The notes: generated from the sequence alone by a model not told the origin. 64,000 nucleotides of DNA from Bacteriovoracia bacterium (GCA_050246755.1 JBFWVL010000003.1:258623-322622); one strand, 5' to 3'. Counted from the first letter of the stretch, positions 38,597-49,447 are shown. Made by a program: numbers and translations.

Positions 38597-41500
38597 ATGG
38601 ACTCCAGGGCGGATGCACTTTCCAAAAACAATTCTAAGGGCAAAAAAAACGGCGCCGAACTCGCGCCAAAAAAAGAAAAAGGGAAACCCGTGGGCGGCGG
38701 AATGAGTTTTCCCCGCTGGCACACGCGTGCCGGAATCGATCCCCTCGATGAAATCGCCTTCGAGCGCCGCGCTTCGAAAATCTCCAATCCCGACGGCTCG
38801 GTGGTATTCGAGACCAAGAACGCCGAAGTTCCCAAAGATTGGTCCCAGCTCGCCGCCGATATCGTGATCTCGAAGTATTTCCGCAAAGCCGGCGTTCCCG
38901 GCCAGGGCGCCGAGCACAGCGTGCGCCAGCTGGTCTACCGAATCGTGCGCACCGTGCGTGAACAAGGCGAAAAAAATGGTTACTTCGCGAGCGCGGAAGA
39001 TGCGGAGGCCTTCGAGGCCGAACTCTCCTATTTGCTTGTTACTCAGCGCGGGGCCTTTAATTCTCCCGTATGGTTCAACGTGGGCCTCTACCACCGCTAC
39101 GGAATCCTCGGCGGCGGCGGAAACTTCTTCCTCAACGAAAAATCCGGCGCGGTGGAAACCACCCAGGATTCCTATAGCCATCCCCAGTCTTCGGCCTGCT
39201 TCATCCAGTCGGTAGACGACGATCTAATGAGCATCTTCGAGCTCGCTAAAAACGAATCCCGCATCTTCAAGTTCGGCTCGGGCACGGGAACCAATTTCTC
39301 GAAAGTGCGCGGTGCCATGGAAAAACTTGGCGGCGGCGGCCTGAGCTCCGGCCTCATGAGCTTCCTCGAAGTTCTCGACCGCGGCGCGGGCGCCACGAAA
39401 TCCGGCGGCACCACGCGCCGGGCGGCCAAAATGGTGTCCCTGGATGCCGATCATCCCGAAATCGAAGAATTCATTAACTGGAAAGTGAACGAAGAGAAAA
39501 AAGTGGCCGCCCTGATCGCCGGCGGCTATTCCGCCGATTTCAACGGCGAGGCCTACCGCACCGTGGCCGGGCAGAACTCCAATAACTCGGTTCGCCTCTC
39601 GGATGATTTCATGCACGCCGTGATCGAAGACAAACCCTGGGAAACGCGCCTGCGCACCACCGGCGCCGTTTATAAAACCCTGCGCGCCCGCGATCTTTTC
39701 CGGCAAATCTCCCAGGCCGCGTGGAGCTGCGCCGATCCCGGCGTGCAATTCGATTCCACGATCAATCACTGGCATACCTGCCCCAATACCGACAAAATCC
39801 ACGGCTCGAATCCTTGCTCGGAATATATGTTCCTCGATGATTCCGCCTGCAACCTCGCCTCCGTGAACCTGCTGAAGTACCTCCGCGAAGACGGCACCTT
39901 CGACGTGGAAGGCTATAAGCATGCGTGCCGCACCTTCTTCGTCGCGCAGGAAATTCTGGTGGGCCTCTCCAGCTATCCCACCGAAAAAATTGCGCAGAAT
40001 TCCCACGACTACCGCCCGCTTGGTTTGGGTTATGCGAACCTAGGAACCTTGCTCATGGTCAGCGGCATTCCCTACGATTCCGACGCCGGCCGCGCCTGGT
40101 GCGGGGCCATCACCGCTATCATGCACGGGGAAGCCTTCGCCACGAGTGCCGAGATGGCCGCCGTAAAGGGCCCCTTCGCGGGGTTTGCCAAGAACCGGGA
40201 ACCGATGCTCAAGGTGATGGAACAACACCGCTTGGCCGCCGAGAAAATTCCCCACGCCTGCCCCGACTACCTCCTCACCGCCGCCGCGGAATGCTTAACC
40301 CGCGCCGTGCGGCTCGGTAAAAAATATGGCTACCGCAATGCCCAGGCTACCGTGCTTGCGCCTACCGGCACCATCGGCCTGCTGATGGACTGCGATACCA
40401 CTGGTATCGAGCCCGATTTTGCTCTTGTAAAATTCAAAAAACTCGCAGGTGGTGGCTACTTCAAGATCATCAACCAATCGGTGCCGGCCGCCCTCAAGCG
40501 CCTCGGCTACTCCGAGAAAGATTCCCAAGATATCGTGCGCTACGTGGTGGGCAGCATGAGCCTCGAAGGCACTCCCCACGTCAATCGCCTAACCCTACTC
40601 GCCAAGGGGCTCGAGGAGGGCGATATCAAGCGCATCGAAGCCTCCCTGCCCGGGGTATTCGAGCTCGGCTTCGCGTTCAACCGGTATAACGTGAGCGAAG
40701 AGAGCCTCAAGCGCGCCGGATTCTCCGCGGAACAGGTGGCCGATCCGAATTTTAGCATGCTGAAGGCCTTGGGCTTCACGGATTCCCAGATCGAGGAAGC
40801 CAACCAAGTAATCTGCGGGCAAATGACGGTAGAAGGCTGCCCTCTGCTCAAGCCCGAGCATCTGCCCGTATTCGACTGCGCCAACAAAAATGGCAAGCGC
40901 GGGCAGCGTTTTCTTCAGCCGATGAGCCACATCCGAATGATGGCCGCCGCGCAGCCTTTTCTTTCGGGCGCGATCTCCAAAACCGTAAACGTACCCCACG
41001 AAGCTACTGCCGAAGAAATCCAGCGCATCTATATGGAAGGCTGGAAGCTCGGCCTAAAAGCCATCGCGGTATACCGCGATGGCTCCAAGCTCAGTCAGCC
41101 TCTTTCTTCGGGCTCAGATAAGAAAAAAGAAGTAGCGGCAGAAGTTACGGAGATGCCCAAACCTAAGCGCCGGCCCTTGCCGAAAAAGCGCAAAGGCTTC
41201 ACCGTGGAGTCCAAAATAGGCGGGCAGAAAATTTATCTCCGCACCGGCGAATACGACGACGGAACCTTGGGCGAGATCTTTATCGATATGCACAAAGAGG
41301 GCGCTTCCTTCCGCTCCATGCTCAACTGCCTGGCGATCGCGGTCTCGAAAGGCTTACAGTACGGGGTTCCTCTCGAGGAATTCGTGGACACGTTCACCTT
41401 CACCCGCTTCGAGCCGAACGGCCTCGTGGACCATCCAAACGTGAAAAACGCCACCTCGGTGGTAGACTTCGTCTTCCGCGTACTTGGCATGGAGTACAAC

Positions 41501-41734
41501 GGCCGCACCGATTTCGTGCACGTGAAACCCACGCTGCAGGAGCGTGCCCCTCAGCCCACTCTGCCGGGACTGGAAATCAAGCGCGTGGCGGAAGAGGCTC
41601 CAGACGCCGCCAACCAAATGTACTCGAACTTGATGGGCGATGCTCCGGCCTGCACCACCTGCGGCCATACTACGGTGAGAAACGGTGCCTGCTACCGCTG
41701 CCTGAACTGCGGGAACTCGATGGGTTGCAGCTAA
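38597..41734 (+). CDS. nrdJ: Vitamin B12-dependent (class II) ribonucleotide reductase
   Basis: [32 protein letters not shown] and YRDGSK motifs; TSCPD-like domain; C-terminal Cys cluster. Confidence 0.96.
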   Translation: MDSRADALSKNNSKGKKNGAELAPKKEKGKPVGGGMSFPRWHTRAGIDPLDEIAFERRASKISNPDGSVVFETKNAEVPKDWSQLAADIVISKYFRKAGVPGQGAEHSVRQLVYRIVRTVREQGEKNGYFASAEDAEAFEAELSYLLVTQRGAFNSPVWFNVGLYHRYGILGGGGNFFLNEKSGAVETTQDSYSHPQSSACFIQSVDDDLMSIFELAKNESRIFKFGSGTGTNFSKVRGAMEKLGGGGLSSGLMSFLEVLDRGAGATKSGGTTRRAAKMVSLDADHPEIEEFINWKVNEEKKVAALIAGGYSADFNGEAYRTVAGQNSNNSVRLSDDFMHAVIEDKPWETRLRTTGAVYKTLRARDLFRQISQAAWSCADPGVQFDSTINHWHTCPNTDKIHGSNPCSEYMFLDDSACNLASVNLLKYLREDGTFDVEGYKHACRTFFVAQEILVGLSSYPTEKIAQNSHDYRPLGLGYANLGTLLMVSGIPYDSDAGRAWCGAITAIMHGEAFATSAEMAAVKGPFAGFAKNREPMLKVMEQHRLAAEKIPHACPDYLLTAAAECLTRAVRLGKKYGYRNAQATVLAPTGTIGLLMDCDTTGIEPDFALVKFKKLAGGGYFKIINQSVPAALKRLGYSEKDSQDIVRYVVGSMSLEGTPHVNRLTLLAKGLEEGDIKRIEASLPGVFELGFAFNRYNVSEESLKRAGFSAEQVADPNFSMLKALGFTDSQIEEANQVICGQMTVEGCPLLKPEHLPVFDCANKNGKRGQRFLQPMSHIRMMAAAQPFLSGAISKTVNVPHEATAEEIQRIYMEGWKLGLKAIAVYRDGSKLSQPLSSGSDKKKEVAAEVTEMPKPKRRPLPKKRKGFTVESKIGGQKIYLRTGEYDDGTLGEIFIDMHKEGASFRSMLNCLAIAVSKGLQYGVPLEEFVDTFTFTRFEPNGLVDHPNVKNATSVVDFVFRVLGMEYNGRTDFVHVKPTLQERAPQPTLPGLEIKRVAEEAPDAANQMYSNLMGDAPACTTCGHTTVRNGACYRCLNCGNSMGCS

Positions 41735-42201
41735 ATAAATTTTGGCGAGAGGAAGAACGTCAGCTTCCCTCGCCCACCGATCCACTCAATTCCCGCTACG
41801 CCCGCCTTCTTGAATTCCAAAATGGAAGGCTCGGCCGAGCCAGTAAGTAACAGCGAAGCCAGCGAACCCATATAGGGGTTATGTCCCACCAGCATCACAT
41901 AGCGAAAGTGCTCGCTCTCCTTCAGCAATGCCAGAACCTTCTCCGGTGGGTCGTACGGCGTCAGGTAAGCCACTTCCCGCATCGGGGCTTCACGAAATTC
42001 GTTAGCAAATAGTTCGGCCGTTTCTACCGCCCGCACGTAGGGGCTATGAAAGATCACGCCGAGGTCGCGTACACGGTCCCGTAGTACCGCGGCCATTTTC
42101 GAGGTTTTTTTTCGGCCTTCTTCGGTTAAACGCCGGTCTTTATCGGCACCGGAGCGGCTGCCGTCTTCGGCGATTCCATGTCGTACGAGGTAGATCTCCA
42201 C
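41731..42201 (-). CDS. sixA: Phosphohistidine phosphatase SixA
   Basis: [15 protein letters not shown] and LVGHNP motifs; GTG start. Confidence 0.9.
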   Translation of the reverse strand: MEIYLVRHGIAEDGSRSGADKDRRLTEEGRKKTSKMAAVLRDRVRDLGVIFHSPYVRAVETAELFANEFREAPMREVAYLTPYDPPEKVLALLKESEHFRYVMLVGHNPYMGSLASLLLTGSAEPSILEFKKAGVAGIEWIGGRGKLTFFLSPKFI

Positions 42202-42202
42202 C

Positions 42203-42230
42203 TTAAGATTATCCCTGGAAAATCCGACAA
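42203..42230 (+). promoter_or_regulatory. Sigma28-like promoter, possibly giving a leaderless mRNA
   Basis: TTAA-N16-TCCGACAA ending 8 bp before ATG 42239; no SD visible. Confidence 0.5.
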
Positions 42231-42238
42231 ATAGAAGA

Positions 42239-44110
42239 ATGAAAACACCCAATTTTTTGCCGCATACCCTGCTCCTACTACTGCTCGTTAGCGCCACCCC
42301 GGCCCACGCGGAGGGCGAAACCTGCCCGGAGTACTACACCACGCTAGCAAACTGGGGGAATGATTTTCTCGTAACCCGCTTCGATCCCAAAAAGCCAAAG
42401 CCGAATGGCCCGATCGAAAAAATGCGGGACTGGGCGCGAAAATCTATCGTGCGCCTTCGTGGGCGCCGCTATCCCATCCTCGCGATGGAAGATGCCACCG
42501 GCCTAAAGGCGAATCTCCTCGCCAAGCACGCCCTCAAAGACACCGCGAACCTCGAAGGGGCGCCCTTCGATCTCGCCGCGCTAAAAAAAGAAGTACTAGA
42601 GCTTCTCGCCGACGTTGAGGCCTATCCCGCCGCTCGCAAAGCCTATATCGACGATACCGCCACTTTCGCCGCACAGGCCGAAGCCATGCGCGACATGGAT
42701 GCGGCCGCCGATGCTGCCGGCCATAACTTCAAGGGTCTCCTTCCCGTGGCCACCGTGCAGCCCGACGGAAAAGTTCTGATGGAGATGAAACCCCAGCGCT
42801 GGCCCACCTATACGGCCTTTCGCCAAGATTTAGTGACCGCGGAAAAGGAGCTAGCGATCCGCATTAACGACACCACTGTCGCATTGGTGACGAAGTCGGA
42901 AGACTTCGTGCTCGACCAAGCCATGGATCTCAAAAAGCTAGAAACTTATCGCAGCGAGCTCGATTACCTCACCGATAAAATCGGCCGTCGCGGAGCCCGG
43001 CCCGAGATAGATCCCGAATTAAAGCCCCTCTACGATCGCATCAACGGTATTTTTGAAAATGGCGGCAGCAAATTCCGCGCCGACCTTAGTCCTCCCGCTT
43101 GGGCCTGGGATAAACTGAAATGGGAACAGCTGCGCGCCGAGCTGAAAACCATCTATCAAAAAGATCCCCTGAAAATCACCGACAATGAGACCGCCAAAAA
43201 AGTTCTCGCTTATTTGAGCGGGCTGAAGCCAGAAGAGCTCCGTAACTTGGGAATGGATAAGCTGGCCGCCGCCATTACCATCGGCAAAAAGAGCATTTAC
43301 GTCCGTACCCTGATCCTCCCCTTTCTTGCTACTGGGGGTGTTGGTACGATGGGAAAAGTCGGATGGGATTTCGTGACCTCGGTAATCTCCGAAGCCGCCA
43401 AGAAAGAGGCCTGCGCCGCTTCCCGCTCCGACGATCAATTCCGTGATTGCGTATACGAGAATCTCCAGTCGCAATTTACCGTAGATTCCATCAAGGCGGC
43501 GCTCTTCGCCGAAGATCCATTCCTCGATAAAGAAGGAAAGATCAGGAATCCGAAAGTGCAGAACGCCGTGGGCGATATGATCGCGCGCCGTAAAGCCTAC
43601 CAGGCCGAGGAGAAAGCCAAAGCCGAAAACAAAGAAGCCTATAATAAAGAGGTGAAAGCGGTCCAGGCCAAGGAAGACCCCTTTAGCGATGCTTACCGCG
43701 ACAACCTCATCATGCAACCGAAAAAAGAGCAGTTTCTTCTCGGCCTAGTGGCCCCTCAGAACGGAACGGTGAATTTCCTCGAGGCCAACCACCCCTCCCA
43801 ATTTAAAAAGAACCGCGATCTCGTATTCCACGTGCTCCAAGAAGACGACGATGAAAAACAGGAGAATCTGCTCAAAAGCCTGCGCCAGTCCGGCGCCTGC
43901 GAGCTTTCCGAAACTCTCTCCGACCTGATCGCGGACCGCCGGGATTTCGCCAATGGTGAATTCACGCCCGGCCAAAGCCAAAAACGCCGTTCCCGCCGCC
44001 GCTCCAGCTGCACCGATGTAGGATCCAACGTGAATATGGGAATCTCGAATACGGTGAATACATCGCGCCCGGCCGCAAGCTCCGACGCAGAACGCCGCGA
44101 TACGAACTAG
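42239..44110 (+). CDS. Exported hypothetical protein
   Basis: Signal peptide (AHA), 623 aa, no recognised domain. Confidence 0.75.
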   Translation: MKTPNFLPHTLLLLLLVSATPAHAEGETCPEYYTTLANWGNDFLVTRFDPKKPKPNGPIEKMRDWARKSIVRLRGRRYPILAMEDATGLKANLLAKHALKDTANLEGAPFDLAALKKEVLELLADVEAYPAARKAYIDDTATFAAQAEAMRDMDAAADAAGHNFKGLLPVATVQPDGKVLMEMKPQRWPTYTAFRQDLVTAEKELAIRINDTTVALVTKSEDFVLDQAMDLKKLETYRSELDYLTDKIGRRGARPEIDPELKPLYDRINGIFENGGSKFRADLSPPAWAWDKLKWEQLRAELKTIYQKDPLKITDNETAKKVLAYLSGLKPEELRNLGMDKLAAAITIGKKSIYVRTLILPFLATGGVGTMGKVGWDFVTSVISEAAKKEACAASRSDDQFRDCVYENLQSQFTVDSIKAALFAEDPFLDKEGKIRNPKVQNAVGDMIARRKAYQAEEKAKAENKEAYNKEVKAVQAKEDPFSDAYRDNLIMQPKKEQFLLGLVAPQNGTVNFLEANHPSQFKKNRDLVFHVLQEDDDEKQENLLKSLRQSGACELSETLSDLIADRRDFANGEFTPGQSQKRRSRRRSSCTDVGSNVNMGISNTVNTSRPAASSDAERRDTN

Positions 44111-45240
44111 TCGCCGAGAAGAAATTGGGCCAGGCGGTCGTGCTCGGCCCGCGCGTCGGCGTAACCGAGCTCTACGAGCGTGCTCAAGTAGCCCGGCACG
44201 AAGAGCAGGTAGCTCAGCATATCGCTCGATTTTCCCCGCTCCGAGCCTAAACCCCTCAATAAAAAGCGCACGAGCGGAGGAATTTGTTTCGTGAAGTGCC
44301 TGGCCATCTCTCCCAAATCCTCCGAGGGACGTATTACCAGCGAATTCACTTGCCGCATCCCGAAAGATCCTTCGCGCTGCTGAGGAAGAATCGCGTTCAG
44401 TCGCTCAAGATGCTCCACGTCGGCATCGAGACTTTCGGCAAAGAGCGAGTTCAACACGAGCGCGCCGAGCTGAGCCATGCTGGGCTTAGGTTCGGGCGTG
44501 GGCGTGCCGAACTCATGAAGGTTACCGGTTTCGCGCATATAGTAGCGTCGCACGCCGATCGCCAAGATCTTTTCCGCGCCGAGCCGGGTGGCCGGGCCGA
44601 GGGGAGACGTGGAGCGAATGCAGCCGTCCACATAGCGGCGATTATTTACGAGCACGCTCGGAAACAATAAAGGGATCGCGGCCGAAGCCATAATATGGTC
44701 CACGCCGAGCACCGTGGATTCCGAGCGGCGGCGCGCCCGCTGCCAGAGCTTCTTCTCTTGGCTCTGGATAAACGTAACCAAACTGCCGGTATATACCTCG
44801 GTGGCGCTCACGGCCACGTTGCGCAAAAGTCCGGAGGCGAGCGCTTCCTTCACCACTTCGGGGCGGTAAATCCCTTCCATCAAATCCCGGAGCGGCTTCG
44901 TGTCCACGAGATTATGCGCGAGCGGCCGCCCCAAGATTCCGCCTAGCAAGAGATCGTAGATCCAGCGCATCCCATTTTTAGAAAGGGCCAAGGCATCGGT
45001 ACGGAATACCTGATTCATCTCTAAGTTTTGCCAAAGATTAGCCACCGCGGGACCAGCGTTCTTCAGCACGCCGCCGTGGGAGGCCAACCCGGCGATATTG
45101 ATCGCGCCCGAGGATGATCCGATCAGCGTTTCAAAGTGGGCGTCCGGAATATTTTCCCCGATATACTTCAGCACTCCCGCCTGATAAGCGCCCCGCGCTC
45201 CCCCACCCGTCAGCACTAGAGCGCGATTACGAAACGTCAT
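44107..45240 (-). CDS. Patatin-like phospholipase (NTE family, core-type)
   Basis: GGGARG, GSSSG and DGC motifs. Confidence 0.9.
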   Translation of the reverse strand: MTFRNRALVLTGGGARGAYQAGVLKYIGENIPDAHFETLIGSSSGAINIAGLASHGGVLKNAGPAVANLWQNLEMNQVFRTDALALSKNGMRWIYDLLLGGILGRPLAHNLVDTKPLRDLMEGIYRPEVVKEALASGLLRNVAVSATEVYTGSLVTFIQSQEKKLWQRARRRSESTVLGVDHIMASAAIPLLFPSVLVNNRRYVDGCIRSTSPLGPATRLGAEKILAIGVRRYYMRETGNLHEFGTPTPEPKPSMAQLGALVLNSLFAESLDADVEHLERLNAILPQQREGSFGMRQVNSLVIRPSEDLGEMARHFTKQIPPLVRFLLRGLGSERGKSSDMLSYLLFVPGYLSTLVELGYADARAEHDRLAQFLLGD

Positions 45241-45980
45241 GGCCGGAAGAACTCCTCGATTTTACGATCTTGCACCCCATACAATCCCTTGAGCAGCCGC
45301 TCCACTTGCGTGCGCTGCTCCCCCTCAATAAGTAAGCGCGCGAGGTCTTCGAGGCCGCGGATTGTGTGGAAACTGGAATCCACGTCGTCGTCGGAGAGCC
45401 TACATTTGCGCACGTTCACGATCTTATCCAGGCTATTCACCGTTTCTTCCGAGAGTAAATAGCCGCCGTTCCGCTGCACCCAGCGATCGAGGGGCAAATG
45501 ATGTTCAATGAGAAACAAGATACCGTCGCGCGTGGCGCCCATGCAGAGCGCTTCCGGACTGGACTCGGGAAAGCGCGCGGCGAGATTCTTTAGTTCCGAA
45601 GCGGAAAAAATTGCGTCGATGGAGGTACCGTCTACCACGCTGCCGAGCGAACGGCATTGGCTATTGATCGCCGCCTCCACCACGGTACGCTCCTCGGACT
45701 TCAGGAGGGGCAAAGCCGCGTGAAAGTTCTGCGTGAGCGATTCCGGGCAAGCGGGAAAATCCACGTCTTCCAGCGCCAATACCGGCAAGAGCTCCACGAT
45801 CTCGACGGGGCATTCCTTGGCGAATTTTTTTGTTTCGGAAAGACGCAGGCGACGCTCACTGAACGCCTGGGTGCTGGAAACGGAGCTAATTTCACGCAGC
45901 CCCACGCTTGAGATTTTTCGGGCGGCCGAACAACCAAAAAGTAAGAACGCCATACTGGCATAAACGCAGAAACGATACAT
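45237..45980 (-). CDS. Hypothetical lipoprotein
   Basis: Lipobox LFGC; ATGA overlap with the patatin gene. Confidence 0.7.
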   Translation of the reverse strand: MYRFCVYASMAFLLFGCSAARKISSVGLREISSVSSTQAFSERRLRLSETKKFAKECPVEIVELLPVLALEDVDFPACPESLTQNFHAALPLLKSEERTVVEAAINSQCRSLGSVVDGTSIDAIFSASELKNLAARFPESSPEALCMGATRDGILFLIEHHLPLDRWVQRNGGYLLSEETVNSLDKIVNVRKCRLSDDDVDSSFHTIRGLEDLARLLIEGEQRTQVERLLKGLYGVQDRKIEEFFRP

Positions 45981-46165
45981 TCCGATCCTCCATGACCGAA
46001 ATTGAGCTCCCTATAAGTTTAGCGCGCCCTCCCATCCGAGGCGACACCTACCCTCCGAGAGCGAAAGATTATGCCCGAGGGTTTCAATCGGAATCAGCTA
46101 CTAGAGTGTAATTACCTGGAAACTGGACAAGCGGGGCCCAAAACCTTACAACAATTCTCTAGCGT

Positions 46166-46242
46166 GGCGCCGTAGCTCAGTTGGATAGAGTAGCTGGCTT
46201 CGAACCAGTTGGCCGGGAGTTCGAATCTCTCCGGCGTCACCA
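46166..46242 (+). tRNA. tRNA-Arg(TCG)
   Basis: Acceptor stem GGCGCCG/CGGCGTC plus ACCA; D arm; anticodon stem GCTGG/CCAGT with loop CTTCGAA; T loop TTCGAAT. Confidence 0.96.
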
Positions 46243-46372
46243 AATAACTTCTGAAATTCTCAGCTCGAGAATTTGTAAACTAACGTACTGAAAACAAACA
46301 AACTTAGGGTGGAAGTCCTCTGAATCATCGAAACGCCATCATCACGCGAAATACGGGCGAATAACGGGATAC

Positions 46373-46406
46373 GTTGCTAATTCGTTGCGATCGCTGTTGC
46401 TAATTC
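46373..46406 (+). repeat. Direct repeats resembling integrase arm-type sites
   Basis: GTTGCTAATTC at 46373-46383 and 46396-46406. Confidence 0.5.
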
Positions 46407-46594
46407 TTGGCTCGGCGCTTCACATTCAACCAATTTCACTAAAATGACCTGTTCCTGCCTGTGCCCCGGCTAGGCCCAGGCCTGCCCAAACCTGCACCCA
46501 ACCTGCACCGAAGCGTGCTCGATGCAGCCTCCAAGCGGCATCAAAATCGACCAAATTTGGGGTCAGTTCTCGACCCTATCTTCAGTTCAGCCGT

Positions 46595-46653
46595 GTTCAA
46601 GAACTCGAATCCGCGAGCGTCTTTTCCATGCCATTTCGTTCGAGAACTCGAAC
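46595..46653. promoter_or_regulatory. Palindromic operator pair upstream of the XRE gene
   Basis: Perfect GTTCGAG-AA-CTCGAAC (46638-46653) and variant GTTCAAG-AA-CTCGAAT (46595-46610). Confidence 0.6.
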
Positions 46654-46715
46654 CTCGATTTCCATCAGTCAACTTTTACTACCAAGAACCATTTCCCTCA
46701 CCGAAAGGAGGCCAC

Positions 46716-47006
46716 ATGCAACTCTCAAAAATGCTCATGCTCCTATGCAAAAAAAGAAGCTGGAGCCTCGCTCGCCTAGCAAAAGAGACCGGCATCGCTC
46801 CGGCTACTCTTCACGGCTGGAAGACAGGTCGGAGCACCGCGAACATGGATGACCTCAGAAAAGTGGCTATAGCGCTCGAGGTTTCCCTACACGAGCTTCT
46901 GTTCGGGGAGCCAGACCCATTTCACCAGGCTGGAACAGAGGTCTTAAAAGAGCTTTTCAGCGGTGATGTAAGGGTCACCCTTCATCGGATCGAACGGAGA
47001 AAATGA
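46716..47006 (+). CDS. XRE-family HTH regulator
   Basis: AAGGAGG RBS; SLARLAKETGIAPATLHGWKTG. Confidence 0.88.
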   Translation: MQLSKMLMLLCKKRSWSLARLAKETGIAPATLHGWKTGRSTANMDDLRKVAIALEVSLHELLFGEPDPFHQAGTEVLKELFSGDVRVTLHRIERRK

Positions 47007-47007
47007 T

Positions 47008-47562
47008 ATGAAACTAAGCCACTTCGTCTTCACCATAGGCCTAAGCTTGTTTCTTTCCGCGTGTTCCGGTTCAGCCACGCGGTTCTTCGAAGACAAAAAA
47101 TATCGGGATCCGAAGAACTGTGTGGAGATCGAAGATAGTGAAATGGACGACTTTAAGATAGTTTCCTTCGACACAAATAATTGCTCTTCCTATCTCGAAG
47201 GAAATCCAAATATTTATGCTTTTCCGCGAGCGGTAATCGATAAAAAATCAAACAAGGTAACCTATCAGATATATGTTTTTGTTCACGGCCAGGAATGGCA
47301 TTTCCTCCACTCTTATCGATATCTCTTTAAAGGAAAGCTCGAGCCGGAAAAGAAACTCTCTCAAATTGACCGTACAGTCAGAGCTGGAATCCAAGAGCAC
47401 TACACATTTTCTCTTTCCCGGGATCGTTTTGAGTTCTTCAGCGAAGAACCTCTCAAAATTAGGGTCTACGGGGAACGAGGCAACTCTACAGTGGAAGTTA
47501 GCCCAGAACTCTTCAGGGCAGTCCTATCTGCGTCAGACAGCTCGAGAGCACCTCAAAAGTAA
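47008..47562 (+). CDS. Hypothetical lipoprotein
   Basis: Lipobox LSAC; adjacent to the XRE gene. Confidence 0.7.
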   Translation: MKLSHFVFTIGLSLFLSACSGSATRFFEDKKYRDPKNCVEIEDSEMDDFKIVSFDTNNCSSYLEGNPNIYAFPRAVIDKKSNKVTYQIYVFVHGQEWHFLHSYRYLFKGKLEPEKKLSQIDRTVRAGIQEHYTFSLSRDRFEFFSEEPLKIRVYGERGNSTVEVSPELFRAVLSASDSSRAPQK

Positions 47563-47698
47563 CCCCCTAGGCACAAATGAAGCGCATAAACATCGTTCAG
47601 CATACTCCTTAGCCACCTTGAAGCGCCGCGCAACCCCATAACCATTGTTCCCGCCCACTTGGCCCGATAGAATCCGATCGGTCTTTAGGAGGATCAGG

Positions 47699-48763
47699 AT
47701 GCCACTACCCGGTGGAAGTGCTGCTAAATTCGGCCAGCTGTTTGAAGGCTTATGGACCGTCCATTACATGCTGGACGTTATGGCTAACGATGCTCAATCG
47801 ATTTTTTTAGAACCTCCAGGGATAGAGGGCGACGGAATCGAGTTCTACGTGAAACGCGGGGATGGAAAGACTTACATCCAGGCAAAGCGCCAAACCTCAG
47901 AAAGCGGAGCTTGGTCTATTGCTAACTTGGCGGAAAAGAAAGTTATCCAGAGCCTAGTTTCCAGATCAGGAGAACCAGGCGCCAAATTTATCTTTGCCTC
48001 AACACAATCTTCGATTTTAAGCGAACTCTGCGATCGAGCCCAAAGAGCCAAGTCTTTTGACGACTTCAAGGCTAATTTTTTGGATTCTGAGAATTGGCAA
48101 AAGCAGTTTTCCGAATTTACTGCAAGGAGCCAAACCAGTCCGGAACAAGCCTTCCAGGCCCTGAAAGTATTCCAAATTGAGGTCGTAGGAGAGCCTACAC
48201 TGAAAAAGCACTTGGCAGTTCGTGGCAAAAGCTTGGTTGAAGGGGACTCAAATAGCCTAGTGGATGTACTCGCACAGTTCGCGCTAGAAAAAGCCAACCA
48301 TGAACTCTCAGCGGCAGATATTTGGGATCACATTCAATCCAGACAAGGCTTTAAAAGAATCGATTTGTCCAAAGACGAGTCAGCGATTCAACGAGTCCGA
48401 GAGGCAAATGCAAAGTACAAGCGCAGCCTCGATGCCGCGAACATACTTGGAACTCAAATCTCCCGACACGAGGAGATAGCTCGAATTTTGCCCCTACTTA
48501 AACCTCAAGTCCAAAAGAAGAATGGATTTATTGTAGGAGAGGCAGGTGCAGGTAAAAGTGCCGTTCTCTCTCAGTTCGTCGACACCCTGGAAACCAACAA
48601 GACTAGCTATCTGGCATTTCGGATTGACCGGGTAAATCCGGTCGCCTCTACGAACGAGCTCGGCCAGCAAATTCTGGGGCTCAGGTCAGACAGATCCTGG
48701 CTCATCGACGACAATCTGAAACAGCTCTTTGCCTTCACTAGAAAGCGTCCAAACTGCATTTGA
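47699..48763 (+). pseudogene. 5' fragment of a restriction-endonuclease-like plus STAND NTPase (Avs-like) defence gene
   Basis: AGGAGG RBS; EPPG...GIEF...QAKRQ nuclease-like motif; Walker A GEAGAGKS. Plausible similarity ends near 48685, with no convincing Walker B or sensor repeats. Confidence 0.65.
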
Positions 48764-48912
48764 GATTTCCTCATCCCTGGTACCATCTACAAGTTCAGCA
48801 TTGAGTCTGATGTTTTGCCCGGGAAAAAGCTGCACTTTGGGTTCAATCTTATGTAAGGGAAGCCGTCAACCGCTCTGCGGGAGATCATCATGTGGGTAAT
48901 TCCGCTTGGCAT
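48686..48912 (-). pseudogene. Two fused gene fragments: a Zn-dependent phospholipase C-like N-terminal stub and an unrelated open frame
   Basis: GAGGGG RBS then MPSGITHMMISRRA (start 48912). A second frame, LPLHKIEPKV...VVDEPGSV (48862-48686), has no start at its 5' end. Confidence 0.4.
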
Positions 48913-48976
48913 ATCCCCTCTTTCTGGCCTTCTGCAACCCATTGCAGCAAAAACCCAATAAAATTAATATTTTGCT

Positions 48977-49018
48977 TTGACTATTCCCCTACCTCATTTT
49001 ATGGTATCAAATGATACC
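48977..49018 (+). promoter_or_regulatory. Sigma70 promoter with overlapping palindromic operator of the TA operon
   Basis: TTGACT-N17-TATGGT; palindrome GGTATCA-AA-TGATACC at 49003-49018. Confidence 0.7.
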
Positions 49019-49048
49019 TTGATTTGATATAATTATTTTAGGAGCCAG

Positions 49049-49447
49049 GTGAATTTTCCGAAGAGACCACAACGGCCTTCGCACAAAGAGCTGAGCAAGA
49101 AGTTGAGCGAAGCGATCGAGGCTCTAACCAGAGAAGCAGGCCTATTCTGTAACCCTGGAAAAGTAGTAGGTGAATTGGACGCCCTCCATCTAGGCCAGAC
49201 CTCCGATGTTTGGCCCCTGATTTTGCGGCTTCTTGCGGAGATTCAACCTACCGATTACGCAGGCGCACGGCCGCCCCTGCTTTCCTACGAAAAGTCCATC
49301 GAAGGACAAGAAATCTTTGCGTTCAGTTGGGATAGCCAAGAACTCAAAGGCCGAACTTATTTGAAATTTGCACTGAAGGGTGGGCGATTCTACTACGTTT
49401 CGCTTCACCCGGATCGCCCCAAGAAATCCACGGAGGATCACACATGA
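49049..49447 (+). CDS. Putative toxin (MqsR/RelE-like RNase fold)
   Basis: C-terminal YLKF...VSLH motif; ATGA overlap with the antitoxin. Confidence 0.65.
   Translation: MNFPKRPQRPSHKELSKKLSEAIEALTREAGLFCNPGKVVGELDALHLGQTSDVWPLILRLLAEIQPTDYAGARPPLLSYEKSIEGQEIFAFSWDSQELKGRTYLKFALKGGRFYYVSLHPDRPKKSTEDHT

Noticed and set aside
38597-41734. Intein in nrdJ
   Set aside because: No intein start or HN-C/S/T end motifs and no LAGLIDADG; length is explained by normal class II domains.
164-44946. Many long ORFs antisense to recognised genes (e.g. 164-976, 7257-8180, 9061-10389, 22680-23846, 29917-30957, 38267-39181)
   Set aside because: Shadow ORFs expected in GC-rich coding DNA; they have no motifs and overlap well-supported genes.
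44107-45240. Core patatin as a CBASS effector
   Set aside because: NTE-type motifs, core composition, and coupled to a lipoprotein rather than a CD-NTase.
8887-46715. 5'-extended starts in the ORF track (8887, 12066, 17934, 20215, 26027, 37376, 42297, 46461)
   Set aside because: Extensions overlap neighbouring genes or promoters; downstream starts fit RBS position and family N-termini better.
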